From Spirochaetota bacterium (GTDB lineage Bacteria > Spirochaetota > UBA4802 > UBA5550): a stretch of 49,196 nt of DNA. A program made the translations under genes and the position numbers. Below the pieces are notes generated by a model that saw only the letters and a program-made list of their open reading frames with translations, did no database searches and was not told the origin of the DNA. This document shows, in pieces, positions 18,114-27,673 of the stretch (positions are counted from its first letter, which is position 1; each line of letters starts with the position of its first letter). Location: contig JBNKTL010000038.1 in assembly GCA_050298055.1 (NCBI GenBank), forward strand, positions 1-49,196. The letters run 5' to 3'.

Positions 18114-20285
18114 CTAGTTACAATTACCCGGGGTCTTCTCAAGCCTCAGGTATAAAAGCTCACTGGCCGCAAAACCTTCGCTATCAAAATTTGTATCAAT
18201 ACCGGAAAGGGTCCAATCAAACCATATATCCACACACTGTTCACTATTAAAATCAGTGAGTTTGTTTCTTTCCGATAAGAAGAGGTTCAGATCCTGGCCT
18301 GATAAACTCATTGAACATTCACTCAGACCGTTACAGGATGAAGAGACCCCGGCATTCCAGCAGTCACCATTACAGAACCTTTCCTCCTCCATTCCATAGA
18401 GACTGTAAACCAGGCCGGTAATATCCTCACCCTGAGCTGTACCGTCCAGATAATCTACATACAGAGTAAAAACCGTATCCGTGGAGCTGATATCAACAGT
18501 ATAGATCTGTCCCTCTGAAGACGGCTGACCTGCCCAGCCGTCTCCAACCTTGTTTATAAGGTTGTCAGACCAGCAGTTCCCATACCAGTTACCGAGAAGA
18601 TCACCTGCAAAAGGCTCGAATGGTAAACCTATCTCACCGCCGCCAAGAGAAGAGCCTATATTCCATTCATCCTCTCCGCCGCCGCCATCAGTGCCGTTGT
18701 CCCAGAAAATCCAGTAATCATTGACAGCATGCTTGTAATAATCATGGCCATTAAAGGTGCCTGTAAGGAGATAGGTACCCATAACATCCGCCGGCAGAGA
18801 TGGCCCAACAGGAGAAAGGACAATATCTGTTCCCGTACCGGGAGCTGCTGTTGCCACAACCTCACAGTTGTTGTTATCTCCGTAACAAATGCTGCAGAAC
18901 TCAACCGCCCCTGCAATCTCCGTACTGCTGACTCTCTGAAATGTTACCTGCATATTATCAAAAGTTGCTTCAAGGATATCTCCTGTAAGGGTATAGGTAA
19001 CTATTGTGGTTCCATCGGGCTGTATCAATGTAACCTGGTTGCCGTTAACGGTATATGTTCCATTTCTACCGGAACAATAGTATAAACCGTCAGTTTCCGG
19101 TAAACATTCACAATTATTGTTAACAATATTTGTTAAGTCCATATACTCCCTGAAAACATTGTCAGATGTCAATTCCCAGTAGGGGGTTTCAGACCATGAA
19201 GCCCCGTCACCGCATCCGGTATCATTATTGTCCCATGGTGTGTTTTCACAATCTATACCGTTTTCACACGCTGAAACCGCCTTCCATACACCAATCAGCC
19301 CCGCATCCACAGCCTCGGTTACAGTAAACATATGGGAAGCGGAACCTGCACGGCTGCCATCTGTTGTAAATGCCGTTACATCCAGTCTGTAAATGCCCTG
19401 TTCCATATTATTTATTGTATATGATGCGCCGGTTGCTGCCGATTCACCGTTTATATACCATACATAAACAACGTTGCCTGTTTCAGGCGGAACAGATGCT
19501 GTCACTGTCATAGATTCATTTGATGCTATTTCATTTAACTGGCCGGAAATAGTAACATCAATGGGATCTGCCATTTGCAGATCAATATTCACCTGAATAT
19601 TGCCGCCCGGCTTGTTAATATCATAGAACTCAAAAGTTCCCTCTGTTGTTTCCTCATAGACAATTCTCACAACCTCTACTGCTCCCATTGTGAGTATGCC
19701 GTTGTCAAGCAGTTTGACTATAAGTGTATAATAACCTGTTGGGAGAGAACTACCCTGGTACATCCCTGTGTTCCCTGTGACCTGAAAAGGGAGGTCCATG
19801 GGTGTACCTGATGCCGATATCAACTGGGCCTCTATAGACGGGTTCTCCAGGTCTTCTGCGTTCCAGAGTACTGTTAAATCAAGAGAGCCGACACCGTCCA
19901 GAGGGGTAACCGTAATATTTACTACAGTGGTTTGCCCTACAGAGACTGTTGCGGTAGCCGTTCCCCTTCCGATAATTGTACCTTCAGTATTGAGAGCATC
20001 CACAATGATACTCCAATCCCCGAAATCCAGACCGGAGATTTCCGCCGTTTCCTGGTCGGTACTCATATTAAAGGTAGCCCCATTTGGCCCATTGCCCGTA
20101 ATATTGTAACCGGCAGGGTCCATGTCAATATCCGGGAGAAGTGTCCTGCTCAGATTCTGAGTCATGAACAAATTCATAAATATTGTCCCGCCGGATTCAT
20201 CTCCCGTATCAGGCGGAACAAAACAACCTGAAAACATGACTGCTGATAGAAGAGCTGTTAGAAGAATAGAATAAATCTGTTTCAT
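18114..20285 (-). CDS. Large surface lipoprotein (Ig-like beta domains, lipocalin-like barrel, Cys/Asp-rich C-terminus)
   Basis: Signal peptide with lipobox MFSG-C; Thr/Gly/Asn-rich beta repeats; LIGVWKAVS...GTYTVNGNQVTL lipocalin-like segment; GGAGG RBS. Confidence 0.75.
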   Translation of the reverse strand: MKQIYSILLTALLSAVMFSGCFVPPDTGDESGGTIFMNLFMTQNLSRTLLPDIDMDPAGYNITGNGPNGATFNMSTDQETAEISGLDFGDWSIIVDALNTEGTIIGRGTATATVSVGQTTVVNITVTPLDGVGSLDLTVLWNAEDLENPSIEAQLISASGTPMDLPFQVTGNTGMYQGSSLPTGYYTLIVKLLDNGILTMGAVEVVRIVYEETTEGTFEFYDINKPGGNIQVNIDLQMADPIDVTISGQLNEIASNESMTVTASVPPETGNVVYVWYINGESAATGASYTINNMEQGIYRLDVTAFTTDGSRAGSASHMFTVTEAVDAGLIGVWKAVSACENGIDCENTPWDNNDTGCGDGASWSETPYWELTSDNVFREYMDLTNIVNNNCECLPETDGLYYCSGRNGTYTVNGNQVTLIQPDGTTIVTYTLTGDILEATFDNMQVTFQRVSSTEIAGAVEFCSICYGDNNNCEVVATAAPGTGTDIVLSPVGPSLPADVMGTYLLTGTFNGHDYYKHAVNDYWIFWDNGTDGGGGEDEWNIGSSLGGGEIGLPFEPFAGDLLGNWYGNCWSDNLINKVGDGWAGQPSSEGQIYTVDISSTDTVFTLYVDYLDGTAQGEDITGLVYSLYGMEEERFCNGDCWNAGVSSSCNGLSECSMSLSGQDLNLFLSERNKLTDFNSEQCVDIWFDWTLSGIDTNFDSEGFAASELLYLRLEKTPGNCN

Positions 20286-20492
20286 ACTAAAACCTCCTGG
20301 AAAATTTTGGGAAAGACATCATGATAGAGAAGAAAAAAAAGAAGTCAATATTATTATCCCCTGAGAGGGAAAAATGTACAAAATCTATCATTTATTTATT
20401 TAAATGTTTATTAAAAACAAAAAATAAGGCTCATTCTGAAATGCTGAGAAATTTATAATTTGACAAGAGAGAAAGAAACACTTCTATCCGCA

Positions 20493-20523
20493 AAGTCCCC
20501 CTAAATCCCCCGGAAGGGGACTT
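20493..20523. repeat. REP-like palindrome (single unit)
   Basis: AAGTCCCCCTAAATCCCCCGGAAGGGGACTT; same family as the units at 26213 and 26805. Confidence 0.7.
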
Positions 20524-20673
20524 AAGATTGAAATTGATAATTTACAATATGCTATCAAGTCAAACTTGCAAATGGAATTGATGGAGATTTTTATAAAAAA
20601 GAAATAACTGTAATAATCAGAGGAATGAATTTTGAAAATTTTGGAGTAGAGGAAAGAGCAAAAAAGAATTAAT

Positions 20674-20706
20674 AAAAAAAGCGGCTGCTAAAAAACAGCC
20701 GCTTTT
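20674..20706 (-). terminator. Intrinsic terminator of the peroxiredoxin gene (bidirectional form)
   Basis: AAAAAAAGCGGCTG-ctaaaaaa-CAGCCGCTTTT about 20 nt beyond the prx stop. Confidence 0.85.
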
Positions 20707-20728
20707 CATTATCAGGAAAAGGGAATGT

Positions 20729-21331
20729 CTAGTTGTGGCTCTTGAAGTATTCCTTTGAACCTTCGGGGTCACCCTTCATTGTGTCACCGCCTTCACTCCA
20801 GTTTGCAGGACAGACTTCTCCTGTTTTGGATACGGTCTGGATGGCTTTGAGAACTCTCAGTGTTTCATCGACATTTCTTCCAATACCGAGATCATGAACA
20901 ACCTGGTACTGGACAACGCCTTCGGGATTGATGATGAAAAGACCTCTTAAGGCCATACCCGCATCGAGGAGAACGCCATAGTCAGCGGAAATGGATTTTG
21001 TGATATCCGCTACCAGGGGATAATCGATGCTCCCCAGTCCTCCCTCCTTCCGGGGAGTGTTTTTCCATGCAAGATGTGAAAACTGACTGTCAACGGATAC
21101 GCCGATAACTTCAGCGTCAAGGCCCATAAAGTCGCCGTACCTGTCATTCAGTGCCGTTATCTCCGTGGGGCAGACAAAAGTAAAATCCAGAGGGTAAAAG
21201 AAGAGAACGACCCACTTTCCCCTGTAGTCTGATAGTTTAACTTCTTTGAAGCTGTTGTCTTTCATCACAGCGACGGCTGAAAAATCAGGTGCCGGCAGTT
21301 GGACTAATGATTTTGTCGAGTATTCACTCAT
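20729..21331 (-). CDS. ahpC: 2-Cys peroxiredoxin (AhpC/TSA family)
   Basis: [34 protein letters not shown]. Confidence 0.95.
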   Translation of the reverse strand: MSEYSTKSLVQLPAPDFSAVAVMKDNSFKEVKLSDYRGKWVVLFFYPLDFTFVCPTEITALNDRYGDFMGLDAEVIGVSVDSQFSHLAWKNTPRKEGGLGSIDYPLVADITKSISADYGVLLDAGMALRGLFIINPEGVVQYQVVHDLGIGRNVDETLRVLKAIQTVSKTGEVCPANWSEGGDTMKGDPEGSKEYFKSHN

Positions 21332-21359
21332 AATGTATCACCTCAATTAAAGAATAAAT

Positions 21360-21497
21360 TTACTGCTCAGCTGTGTATAAGAATAATTATATCTGTTGAA
21401 AACTTGACTGATATGTCTCCGCCTCCTTCGGCGGCGGAGACATATTGTTGAGATTTTATTAAATATGTATATTTTACAAACAGAGCTGAACAGTTAC
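21360..21497. mobile_element. MITE-like non-autonomous element with terminal inverted repeats and central hairpin
   Basis: Ends TTACTGCTCAGCT ... AGCTGAACAGTTAC; central ATATGTCTCCGCC-tccttc-GGCGGCGGAGACATAT (21411-21445); related copies elsewhere in the window. Confidence 0.6.
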
Positions 21498-21602
21498 AGA
21501 ATAAAATTATTTACCTTTCATAATGTAAATATAAAATACAGGTTGCAAAAATGGGTTATTATGTCAATAAAATTATTAGTATAAATATGAAATCATTACA
21601 AA

Positions 21603-23531
21603 TTATCTATTTTTCCCCGGGTCATTTTCATTTTCTTCCAGTTTAAACTTCCGGACGATATTCATCATTCGGTCTGCTTCTGCATTGAGTTCTTCGGAAG
21701 ATCCTGCTATTTCTTCGGAACCACTGGCTACAGACTGCGTGATTTCGTTAATCTGAGTAATGGCTTTGATTATTTCGTTGCTGGTAGTGCTCTGCTCCTC
21801 CATCATGGTTGAGATCTCTTCTGACATGCTGTTGACCAGGTGGACCTCATCTTTGACTTTGCTGCTCATTTCATTAAGATCGATTGAGGACCTGGCAATA
21901 CTCTCCATGAGATAAGCTGTCTTTTTGACGTTTTCAATAATGCTCCGAAGAGCTTTTGATGTCCGCTCCACGTACTGGGAACCGGTCTTGACCTTGGTAT
22001 TAGTTTCATCAATGAGCTTGTTGATCTCCTGGGAACTGGAAGCAGTCTGCTCGGCAAGCTTTGAAATTTCCTCGGCAACAACCGCGAAACCTCTTCCCTG
22101 CTCTCCCGCCCTGGCTGCCTCAATAGACGCGTTAAGTGACAGGAGATTTATCTGGTCCGATATTTCTGAAATAATGGTTACGATATCGGTGATCCTCCGG
22201 GAACTCTCTGTGATTTCCTTCATGCTGTTAACGGTACTCACAAGGACTTTTTCACCATCCATTGCGTAGTTGTGTGTTTCATCGGCCATTCCATTGGCTT
22301 CCTGGGCGTTTTTGTTGATTTTCTCAATAGACTCCGCCAGGAATTCCATTGATGACCAGGTCGTATCGGCTTTCTGTGCCTGGTTCTTCGCGTTCTGGGA
22401 AACATGATCAATGGTCGCTTTGATTTCTTCAAGGGCAGCGGAGGTCTCTTCAATAGAAGAAGCCTGGTCCTGGGCCACATTGGCGAGACTTTCGCTGGAT
22501 TGTGTCATTTCTTTTGATGACGAGGTCACATGTACGGAAGAATTTCTGATAATGATTATCATGCCCTTTAACTGGTCAATGAAGGCGTTAAAAAGGTCTG
22601 CGACTTTTCCTACCTCATCTTTGCTGAGTATCTGGATCTTCTGAGTCAGGTCTCCGGCTCCCTTATTAATATCCTCAAGATGACCGGCAATCTGGTCAAG
22701 GGGGTCCAGCGCGCGCTTTACTATTATCCTGACGATAATAGAAGCAGTAAGGAGAATGATAAGGCTCGCAAACACAGCAAGGAAAATCGTCTGCCGGCGT
22801 TCTGCAATGAAGTCTTCCAGGGAATAGATGAGCTCAAAGGCCCCATGTATTTCTCCTTCCTTCCAGTTTTCCATGGTCCCGCCGGTTGGGTCCTTGCCGT
22901 CATTGCGGTTCCAGAGTTTCCGGGACTGGACGGGGTCACCGTGACAGATAAGACAGTCCTTTGTAAGCCGCACTGACCGGAAGTATCTCAATTCCCTGTA
23001 AAAGCCCAGGTCAACTTCATAGTATTCGTCAAGATTTTCTTTTTTGAGTTTCTCAAGGAAAAATTTTTCCATAAGGTCAGGGGCGTTCTTTTTGTTTCTC
23101 GGATTGATCTTGGGGACCCTGAACCGGAATCCCAACTCCTTTGCTTTTTTTCTCATGGTAGCTATTGATGAAAAAACGGGGACGGCATAGAGAAACCTGC
23201 CCTTGATATCGGCCTTGAGATGGTCCACATCAAAAACATTTCTCCCCCAGTTGTCAGCCTGGTACTGGCGAATGGCCTCACCCATGGTAGTAATAGCCCT
23301 GGCTTTTTCAATAACATTCCTCTCCATGATACCTTCAAGACGATTCCAGTAATAGAGATTACTTACAACCATCAGTAAAACCAGTACAAGAATGACACCC
23401 AGAGTGACCTTTTTCTTAATGGTCAAACCGCCGCTCTTATTTTTTTCATCAGCTCCGGGACGTTTTTCATCAGTATGAGAAAGTTTTTCATCAGCATCTG
23501 GACGTTTTTCATCTGTTTCCGGGGACAACAT
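21603..23531 (-). CDS. Methyl-accepting chemotaxis protein with periplasmic heme-c (DUF3365/Tll0287-like) sensor
   Basis: Two TMs; [15 protein letters not shown] (CxxCH), [44 protein letters not shown]. Confidence 0.93.
   Translation of the reverse strand: MLSPETDEKRPDADEKLSHTDEKRPGADEKNKSGGLTIKKKVTLGVILVLVLLMVVSNLYYWNRLEGIMERNVIEKARAITTMGEAIRQYQADNWGRNVFDVDHLKADIKGRFLYAVPVFSSIATMRKKAKELGFRFRVPKINPRNKKNAPDLMEKFFLEKLKKENLDEYYEVDLGFYRELRYFRSVRLTKDCLICHGDPVQSRKLWNRNDGKDPTGGTMENWKEGEIHGAFELIYSLEDFIAERRQTIFLAVFASLIILLTASIIVRIIVKRALDPLDQIAGHLEDINKGAGDLTQKIQILSKDEVGKVADLFNAFIDQLKGMIIIIRNSSVHVTSSSKEMTQSSESLANVAQDQASSIEETSAALEEIKATIDHVSQNAKNQAQKADTTWSSMEFLAESIEKINKNAQEANGMADETHNYAMDGEKVLVSTVNSMKEITESSRRITDIVTIISEISDQINLLSLNASIEAARAGEQGRGFAVVAEEISKLAEQTASSSQEINKLIDETNTKVKTGSQYVERTSKALRSIIENVKKTAYLMESIARSSIDLNEMSSKVKDEVHLVNSMSEEISTMMEEQSTTSNEIIKAITQINEITQSVASGSEEIAGSSEELNAEADRMMNIVRKFKLEENENDPGKNR
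23442..23513 (-). repeat. 21-bp tandem repeat (x4) encoding DEKxxxx heptapeptides at the MCP N-terminus
   Basis: TTTTTCATC at 23442, 23463, 23484 and 23505; protein [28 protein letters not shown]. Confidence 0.85.
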
Positions 23532-23971
23532 TACTCACCTCAAATGTTTTGTTTCTGGATGCATCTATATAATTATCTCTCATATTTGGAAAAAATATGA
23601 GAGAAAGTTCCAAAAAAAGTAAGGAGTTATAACTATTCTCCTGGTAATGTAATTGACGTTCGTGCCTTTATATTCGAAAAACCTGTATTTGAAAATATTT
23701 ATCTTTGCGGGTTTTTTAAGGATTTTTTTATCAAAGTTAATCATCTCCTTACCCCTGTTACACACTGTTGAATATAACGGACAACATGCAACGCATAACT
23801 AATATAAGCATCTATTTCAAATCCGTCAACAGAAAGTCGATTTATCCTTATAAGCCCGCCTGTATTCATCATCGGTTCCAAACCATAAAATGTATTGCCA
23901 TAAATAATGCCTTTTGCTAAGATGTGAACGGTCAAGTGTTTTACCCGGAAGTAATTTCAAGAAGGTGAGTT

Positions 23972-26209
23972 ATGTCATTAAACAGCTACCCTGTGAAAGG
24001 CCTTATCAACAAGCTGAAGCATATACCTTATTTCAGCAATATGGATGTGGAATCCATACTGAAAAGTATTGATTTTTTCAGCGATGTTGATGAAAAAATC
24101 ATAAAAGAAATATCGGAATCCATCCTCTTCTTTGAATATGACACAGATGATATCATCTGCCGCCACGGAAAATTTGATGACTACTTTTATGTGATCCTCT
24201 CCGGGAGTGTCAGGGCGGTGATTCCCACCGAGGAGAACCCGAAATTTGAGCTTTTTACCCTGAAGGAGGGGGACTTTTTCGGTGAGGAGATCATCTTCTC
24301 TACCATGCCCCGGGAAAACAGCATCATTGTGAATGAAAGTCTCCTGACCCTTTCACTGGACCGTGAGGCCCTGAAGCATCTCATGAACAGCTCTGCGCGG
24401 ATAAAGTCCCTTATCGACAAACAGTATATCGACAGGAAGCTCCGCAATGACCTGAGAAAGGTCCCGATCTTTACCAATCTCAGCGAGAAGCTCTTCCATG
24501 AGGTCCTTGACAGGGTTGAGCTTTACTCGGTACCGGAGAACACCGTAATATTTGATGAAGGAGACGAGGGTGACAGCTTCTACCTTATTCGAAACGGCGA
24601 GGTCAGGGTCTACCGGAATGTTGAGAAGAAACAGCGGATCATCGCCATTCTCAGCGAGGGTGAGTTCTTCGGTGAAATGGCGCTGGTCTCCGATGAGAAG
24701 AGAAACGCTTCCGTGGAGATAGCAAAAAATGCCGACCTGGTCAAACTCTCCAAGGAGGACTTCGAGGAGATCACAAGCAAGGACAGCAATCTCATGAAAG
24801 ACCTTGCCGCCGTTACCGCGGAGAGGAAGAAACACCAGAATAATGTCCTGAAAAATCCAAACCTCGCGTTCATAACACGGATGCTCATCGACCTCAACAG
24901 GGACATCAACAGGCACCTGAATATAATCTCCCAGTGTACCGTTGATACCGAAAAGGGGAGCGCGCTCCTTGCGACACTTCCCGGTTCGCGGTATCCCTAT
25001 GTCTATCCCCGTGACAGCGCGTGTGCCTCCCGGCTCCTCTACAAGCTCTCAAACAGCGACCTGAAATCAGGTGACATCGCTTTCAGGCTGCTCGGTGAAA
25101 TTTCACGTTTTATCTACAACTGCCAGAGGGAGGACGGTTACTGGGGTCAGAGGTATGGCATTAACGGCGAGGACAAGGGGATATACAGGCAGGAAGATAA
25201 TGTAGCCCACGGTGTGAGCATCCTCTGCCGGTACCTCCTTGCCGCGGGGAAAAGGAATGTCAGCCTCCCGAATCTCCACAGGCTGATTGGCGCCATAGAC
25301 AGGGGAGCGGAGTACGCGGTGAAAAACTTTTACCGGAATGAGATCCACCTCTTCTACTCCACGACCTCCATCCATGAATCTGCAATAGAGGAGGGGTATA
25401 CAATATGGGTCAACTATGCCTACCTGATGATGCTTCGCCTGATTGAAGGCATTGCCGATATGTATGGTGAGGCCGGCAGGTTCGCAAAGGAGCTTGAGCT
25501 CAAAAGCGGTTTTGAGCAGACCATTGATAACATCTTCTCCATTTCGGGACGCTACGTGAGGAGGCTGAAGCCTGACGGCGTGGCGGACCTGCGGCCGGAT
25601 ATCACCCTTCTCAGTCCCTATTTCTTCGGGACCGGGATGGAGAACGATGCGTTTCAAAACAACGAGTTTTTTGAAAACTCAATTCATTTTATCATGGATA
25701 ATCTCTGGGACCCGGACCTGGGGATGCTCCAGAGGTACCTTCCCTTTATCGAAGACCCTGAAACACATATCCATGCCGGAAACGGGCCCTGGATACAGTA
25801 TACGGCAATGCTGGCCCAGTACTTCTTCTATACGGGGAACATCGAGAGGGGCAATGAAATCATGACGGTCATAGACGGCTACATGTCAAAGGAGGGACAT
25901 CTCTGCGAACACCTGACAACACCGGAAAGGTTCTACGAGTTCCTCAAGCTTGAGTGGGAGCCGGGAAGGGATTACGATAAGGAATTTGCTCCCCATATCC
26001 TTGTTCCGGATATGCCTTACGATAATATCGTTGAAGAGATAAGCCACATGAAAAAATCTTACATTGATGTTGCGGAGCAGTGCAGGAGGGTGGGTGATTC
26101 CGGTTATATAACCTTTGCCACGCCCCTCATGTGGTCCCATGCGGAGTACTCAATGGCCCTGATGATGAGGACCGACGCTGAGCTGAAGAAGCTTGAGGTG
26201 AAGGAATAG
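23972..26209 (+). CDS. Tandem cyclic-nucleotide-binding domains fused to a GH15-like (glucoamylase-like six-hairpin) glycosidase
   Basis: GDFFGEE..PRENS and GEFFGEMAL..KRNASV cNMP cassettes; YPYVYPRD, WGQRY, QEDN, IEEG, LCEHL, ATPLMWSHAEY resemble GH15 motifs. Confidence 0.8.
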   Translation: MSLNSYPVKGLINKLKHIPYFSNMDVESILKSIDFFSDVDEKIIKEISESILFFEYDTDDIICRHGKFDDYFYVILSGSVRAVIPTEENPKFELFTLKEGDFFGEEIIFSTMPRENSIIVNESLLTLSLDREALKHLMNSSARIKSLIDKQYIDRKLRNDLRKVPIFTNLSEKLFHEVLDRVELYSVPENTVIFDEGDEGDSFYLIRNGEVRVYRNVEKKQRIIAILSEGEFFGEMALVSDEKRNASVEIAKNADLVKLSKEDFEEITSKDSNLMKDLAAVTAERKKHQNNVLKNPNLAFITRMLIDLNRDINRHLNIISQCTVDTEKGSALLATLPGSRYPYVYPRDSACASRLLYKLSNSDLKSGDIAFRLLGEISRFIYNCQREDGYWGQRYGINGEDKGIYRQEDNVAHGVSILCRYLLAAGKRNVSLPNLHRLIGAIDRGAEYAVKNFYRNEIHLFYSTTSIHESAIEEGYTIWVNYAYLMMLRLIEGIADMYGEAGRFAKELELKSGFEQTIDNIFSISGRYVRRLKPDGVADLRPDITLLSPYFFGTGMENDAFQNNEFFENSIHFIMDNLWDPDLGMLQRYLPFIEDPETHIHAGNGPWIQYTAMLAQYFFYTGNIERGNEIMTVIDGYMSKEGHLCEHLTTPERFYEFLKLEWEPGRDYDKEFAPHILVPDMPYDNIVEEISHMKKSYIDVAEQCRRVGDSGYITFATPLMWSHAEYSMALMMRTDAELKKLEVKE

Positions 26210-26212
26210 GAA

Positions 26213-26288
26213 GACCCCCTTACCCCCAGTGGGGGCATAAGAAAGTTTGGGGAAAAAATCTTACGCCCCCTTTGGGGGATGGGGGGCT
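26213..26288. repeat. REP-like composite palindromic repeat, copy 1
   Basis: GACCCCCTTACCCCCAGTGGGGGCA...AAAATCTTACGCCCCCTTTGGGGGATGGGGGG. Confidence 0.8.
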
Positions 26289-26370
26289 CTGGGTGACAGA
26301 AAAAAATTTTAAGTTGTAAATAAAGTCTTAAAAATAATACTGATTAAGAATAAAAAACCGGAGGGGATAT

Positions 26371-26796
26371 ATGATTTGTCCAAGTTGTAAAAGTGAACTT
26401 GTCACGGAGAGTGTGGAAGGTGAGGAGATTGAAGTCTGCAAAAAATGCAGCGGGATGTGGCTCCATAAACACCAGCTTGACAGAATGTTCAAGGAGACCG
26501 GGGGTGAAGTTGAACTGAGTTCCCTTGACAACGATCTTCAGAAGGAGAGCAAGCCGGCAATACAGTGCAGGGAATGTACCGGTGTGACCATGGAAAAGAT
26601 CAATTTTCTCCACTATTCCGATATCATCATTGACCACTGCCCGTCATGCGGAAGTTTCTGGGTTGATAAGGGGGAACTGGATAACATGCATAAGTATATT
26701 GAAAAGGTGGAGAAGGAGAGCCATGAGGCTGATAATGCCTCTGCATATAACTTTCTCCAGAAGCTGAGCAGGATCGCGTATAATATTTTTCACTGA
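26371..26796 (+). CDS. Double zf-TFIIB-type zinc ribbon protein
   Basis: CPSC..CKKCSGMWL and CREC..IDHCPSCGSFWVDKGEL; GGAGG RBS. Confidence 0.85.
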   Translation: MICPSCKSELVTESVEGEEIEVCKKCSGMWLHKHQLDRMFKETGGEVELSSLDNDLQKESKPAIQCRECTGVTMEKINFLHYSDIIIDHCPSCGSFWVDKGELDNMHKYIEKVEKESHEADNASAYNFLQKLSRIAYNIFH

Positions 26797-26804
26797 AATC
26801 CATT

Positions 26805-26880
26805 GGCCCCTAATCCCCAAAGGGGGCACAAGAGAATATTTATCATAAAATCTTACGCCCCCTCCGGGGGATGGGGGGTC
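26805..26880. repeat. REP-like composite palindromic repeat, copy 2
   Basis: GGCCCCTAATCCCCAAAGGGGGCA...AAAATCTTACGCCCCCTCCGGGGGATGGGGGGTC; same orientation as copy 1. Confidence 0.8.
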
Positions 26881-26890
26881 GTAGGATAAA

Positions 26891-27658
26891 TTAAAGATCC
26901 CTGGCGAGAATAGCTGCCCCGATAGCCCCGTTGATCTGGGCATGGGGAGATACGATAATATCCGTACCCAGCTTCTTTTCAAGGGCCTTAACCACACCCC
27001 TGTTGCGTGCCACTCCTCCTGTCATCATAACAGGGGGCGCTACGTTGACCCTTCTGGCAAGGGCCGTTACCCGGGAGGCCACCGATTCATTGATCCCGGC
27101 GATGATGTTTTCCCGCGACTCACCCTTTGATATGAGGGAGACAACTTCCGATTCCGCGAAAACTGTGCAGATGCTGCTTATCTTCGAGGGAGTTTCCGTG
27201 TTGAGGGCTATTGATCCCATCTGGTCGAGGTCCAGGTGAAGGGCCCGGGCCATGACCTCGAGGAACCTCCCGGTCCCCGCCGCGCATTTGTCATTCATGG
27301 CGAAGTCCCGGACCTTGCCTCCTTCAAAAAGGAGAAGGGCCTTGCTGTCCTGGCCTCCCACGTCAATGATGGACCTGACGCTCCGGTCAAGGAAATATGC
27401 CCCCGCGGCATGGCAGGTGATCTCGGTGACTGCTTTATGGGCAAAATCAACGGCATTTCTTCCGTAGCCTGTTGAGACAATTTTACTGACAGAGCCCTCG
27501 TCAAGGCCTGTTTTGGAAAGGAGCTTCTCGAAAATGTTCCGTCCCGCCTTGCCGGCATTGTAGCCGGTAAAGTCCACCATTTCACCGATAATCTTCTCAT
27601 CATCAAGGATGGCAACCTTCGCGGTTATGGAACCGATATCTATCCCAGCGGTAATCAT
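26891..27658 (-). CDS. 2-hydroxyacyl-CoA dehydratase activase (HgdC/BcrAD-type ATPase)
   Basis: GIDIGSITAK, TGYGR, EITCHA, IDVGGQDSK, MNDKCAAGTGRFLE, CTVFAESEV; ATG 27658 with GAGGAG RBS. Confidence 0.93.
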   Translation of the reverse strand: MITAGIDIGSITAKVAILDDEKIIGEMVDFTGYNAGKAGRNIFEKLLSKTGLDEGSVSKIVSTGYGRNAVDFAHKAVTEITCHAAGAYFLDRSVRSIIDVGGQDSKALLLFEGGKVRDFAMNDKCAAGTGRFLEVMARALHLDLDQMGSIALNTETPSKISSICTVFAESEVVSLISKGESRENIIAGINESVASRVTALARRVNVAPPVMMTGGVARNRGVVKALEKKLGTDIIVSPHAQINGAIGAAILARDL

Positions 27659-27673
27659 CTCTTTTCTCCTCAC

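Noticed and set aside
21375..21391. PerR/Fur-like box upstream of the peroxiredoxin
   Set aside because: Three or more mismatches to consensus, AT-rich background, and it lies inside the MITE-like element
23580..23935. Two short minus-strand ORFs in the MCP/cNMP-GH15 divergent gap
   Set aside because: No convincing RBS or motifs; AT-rich promoter region
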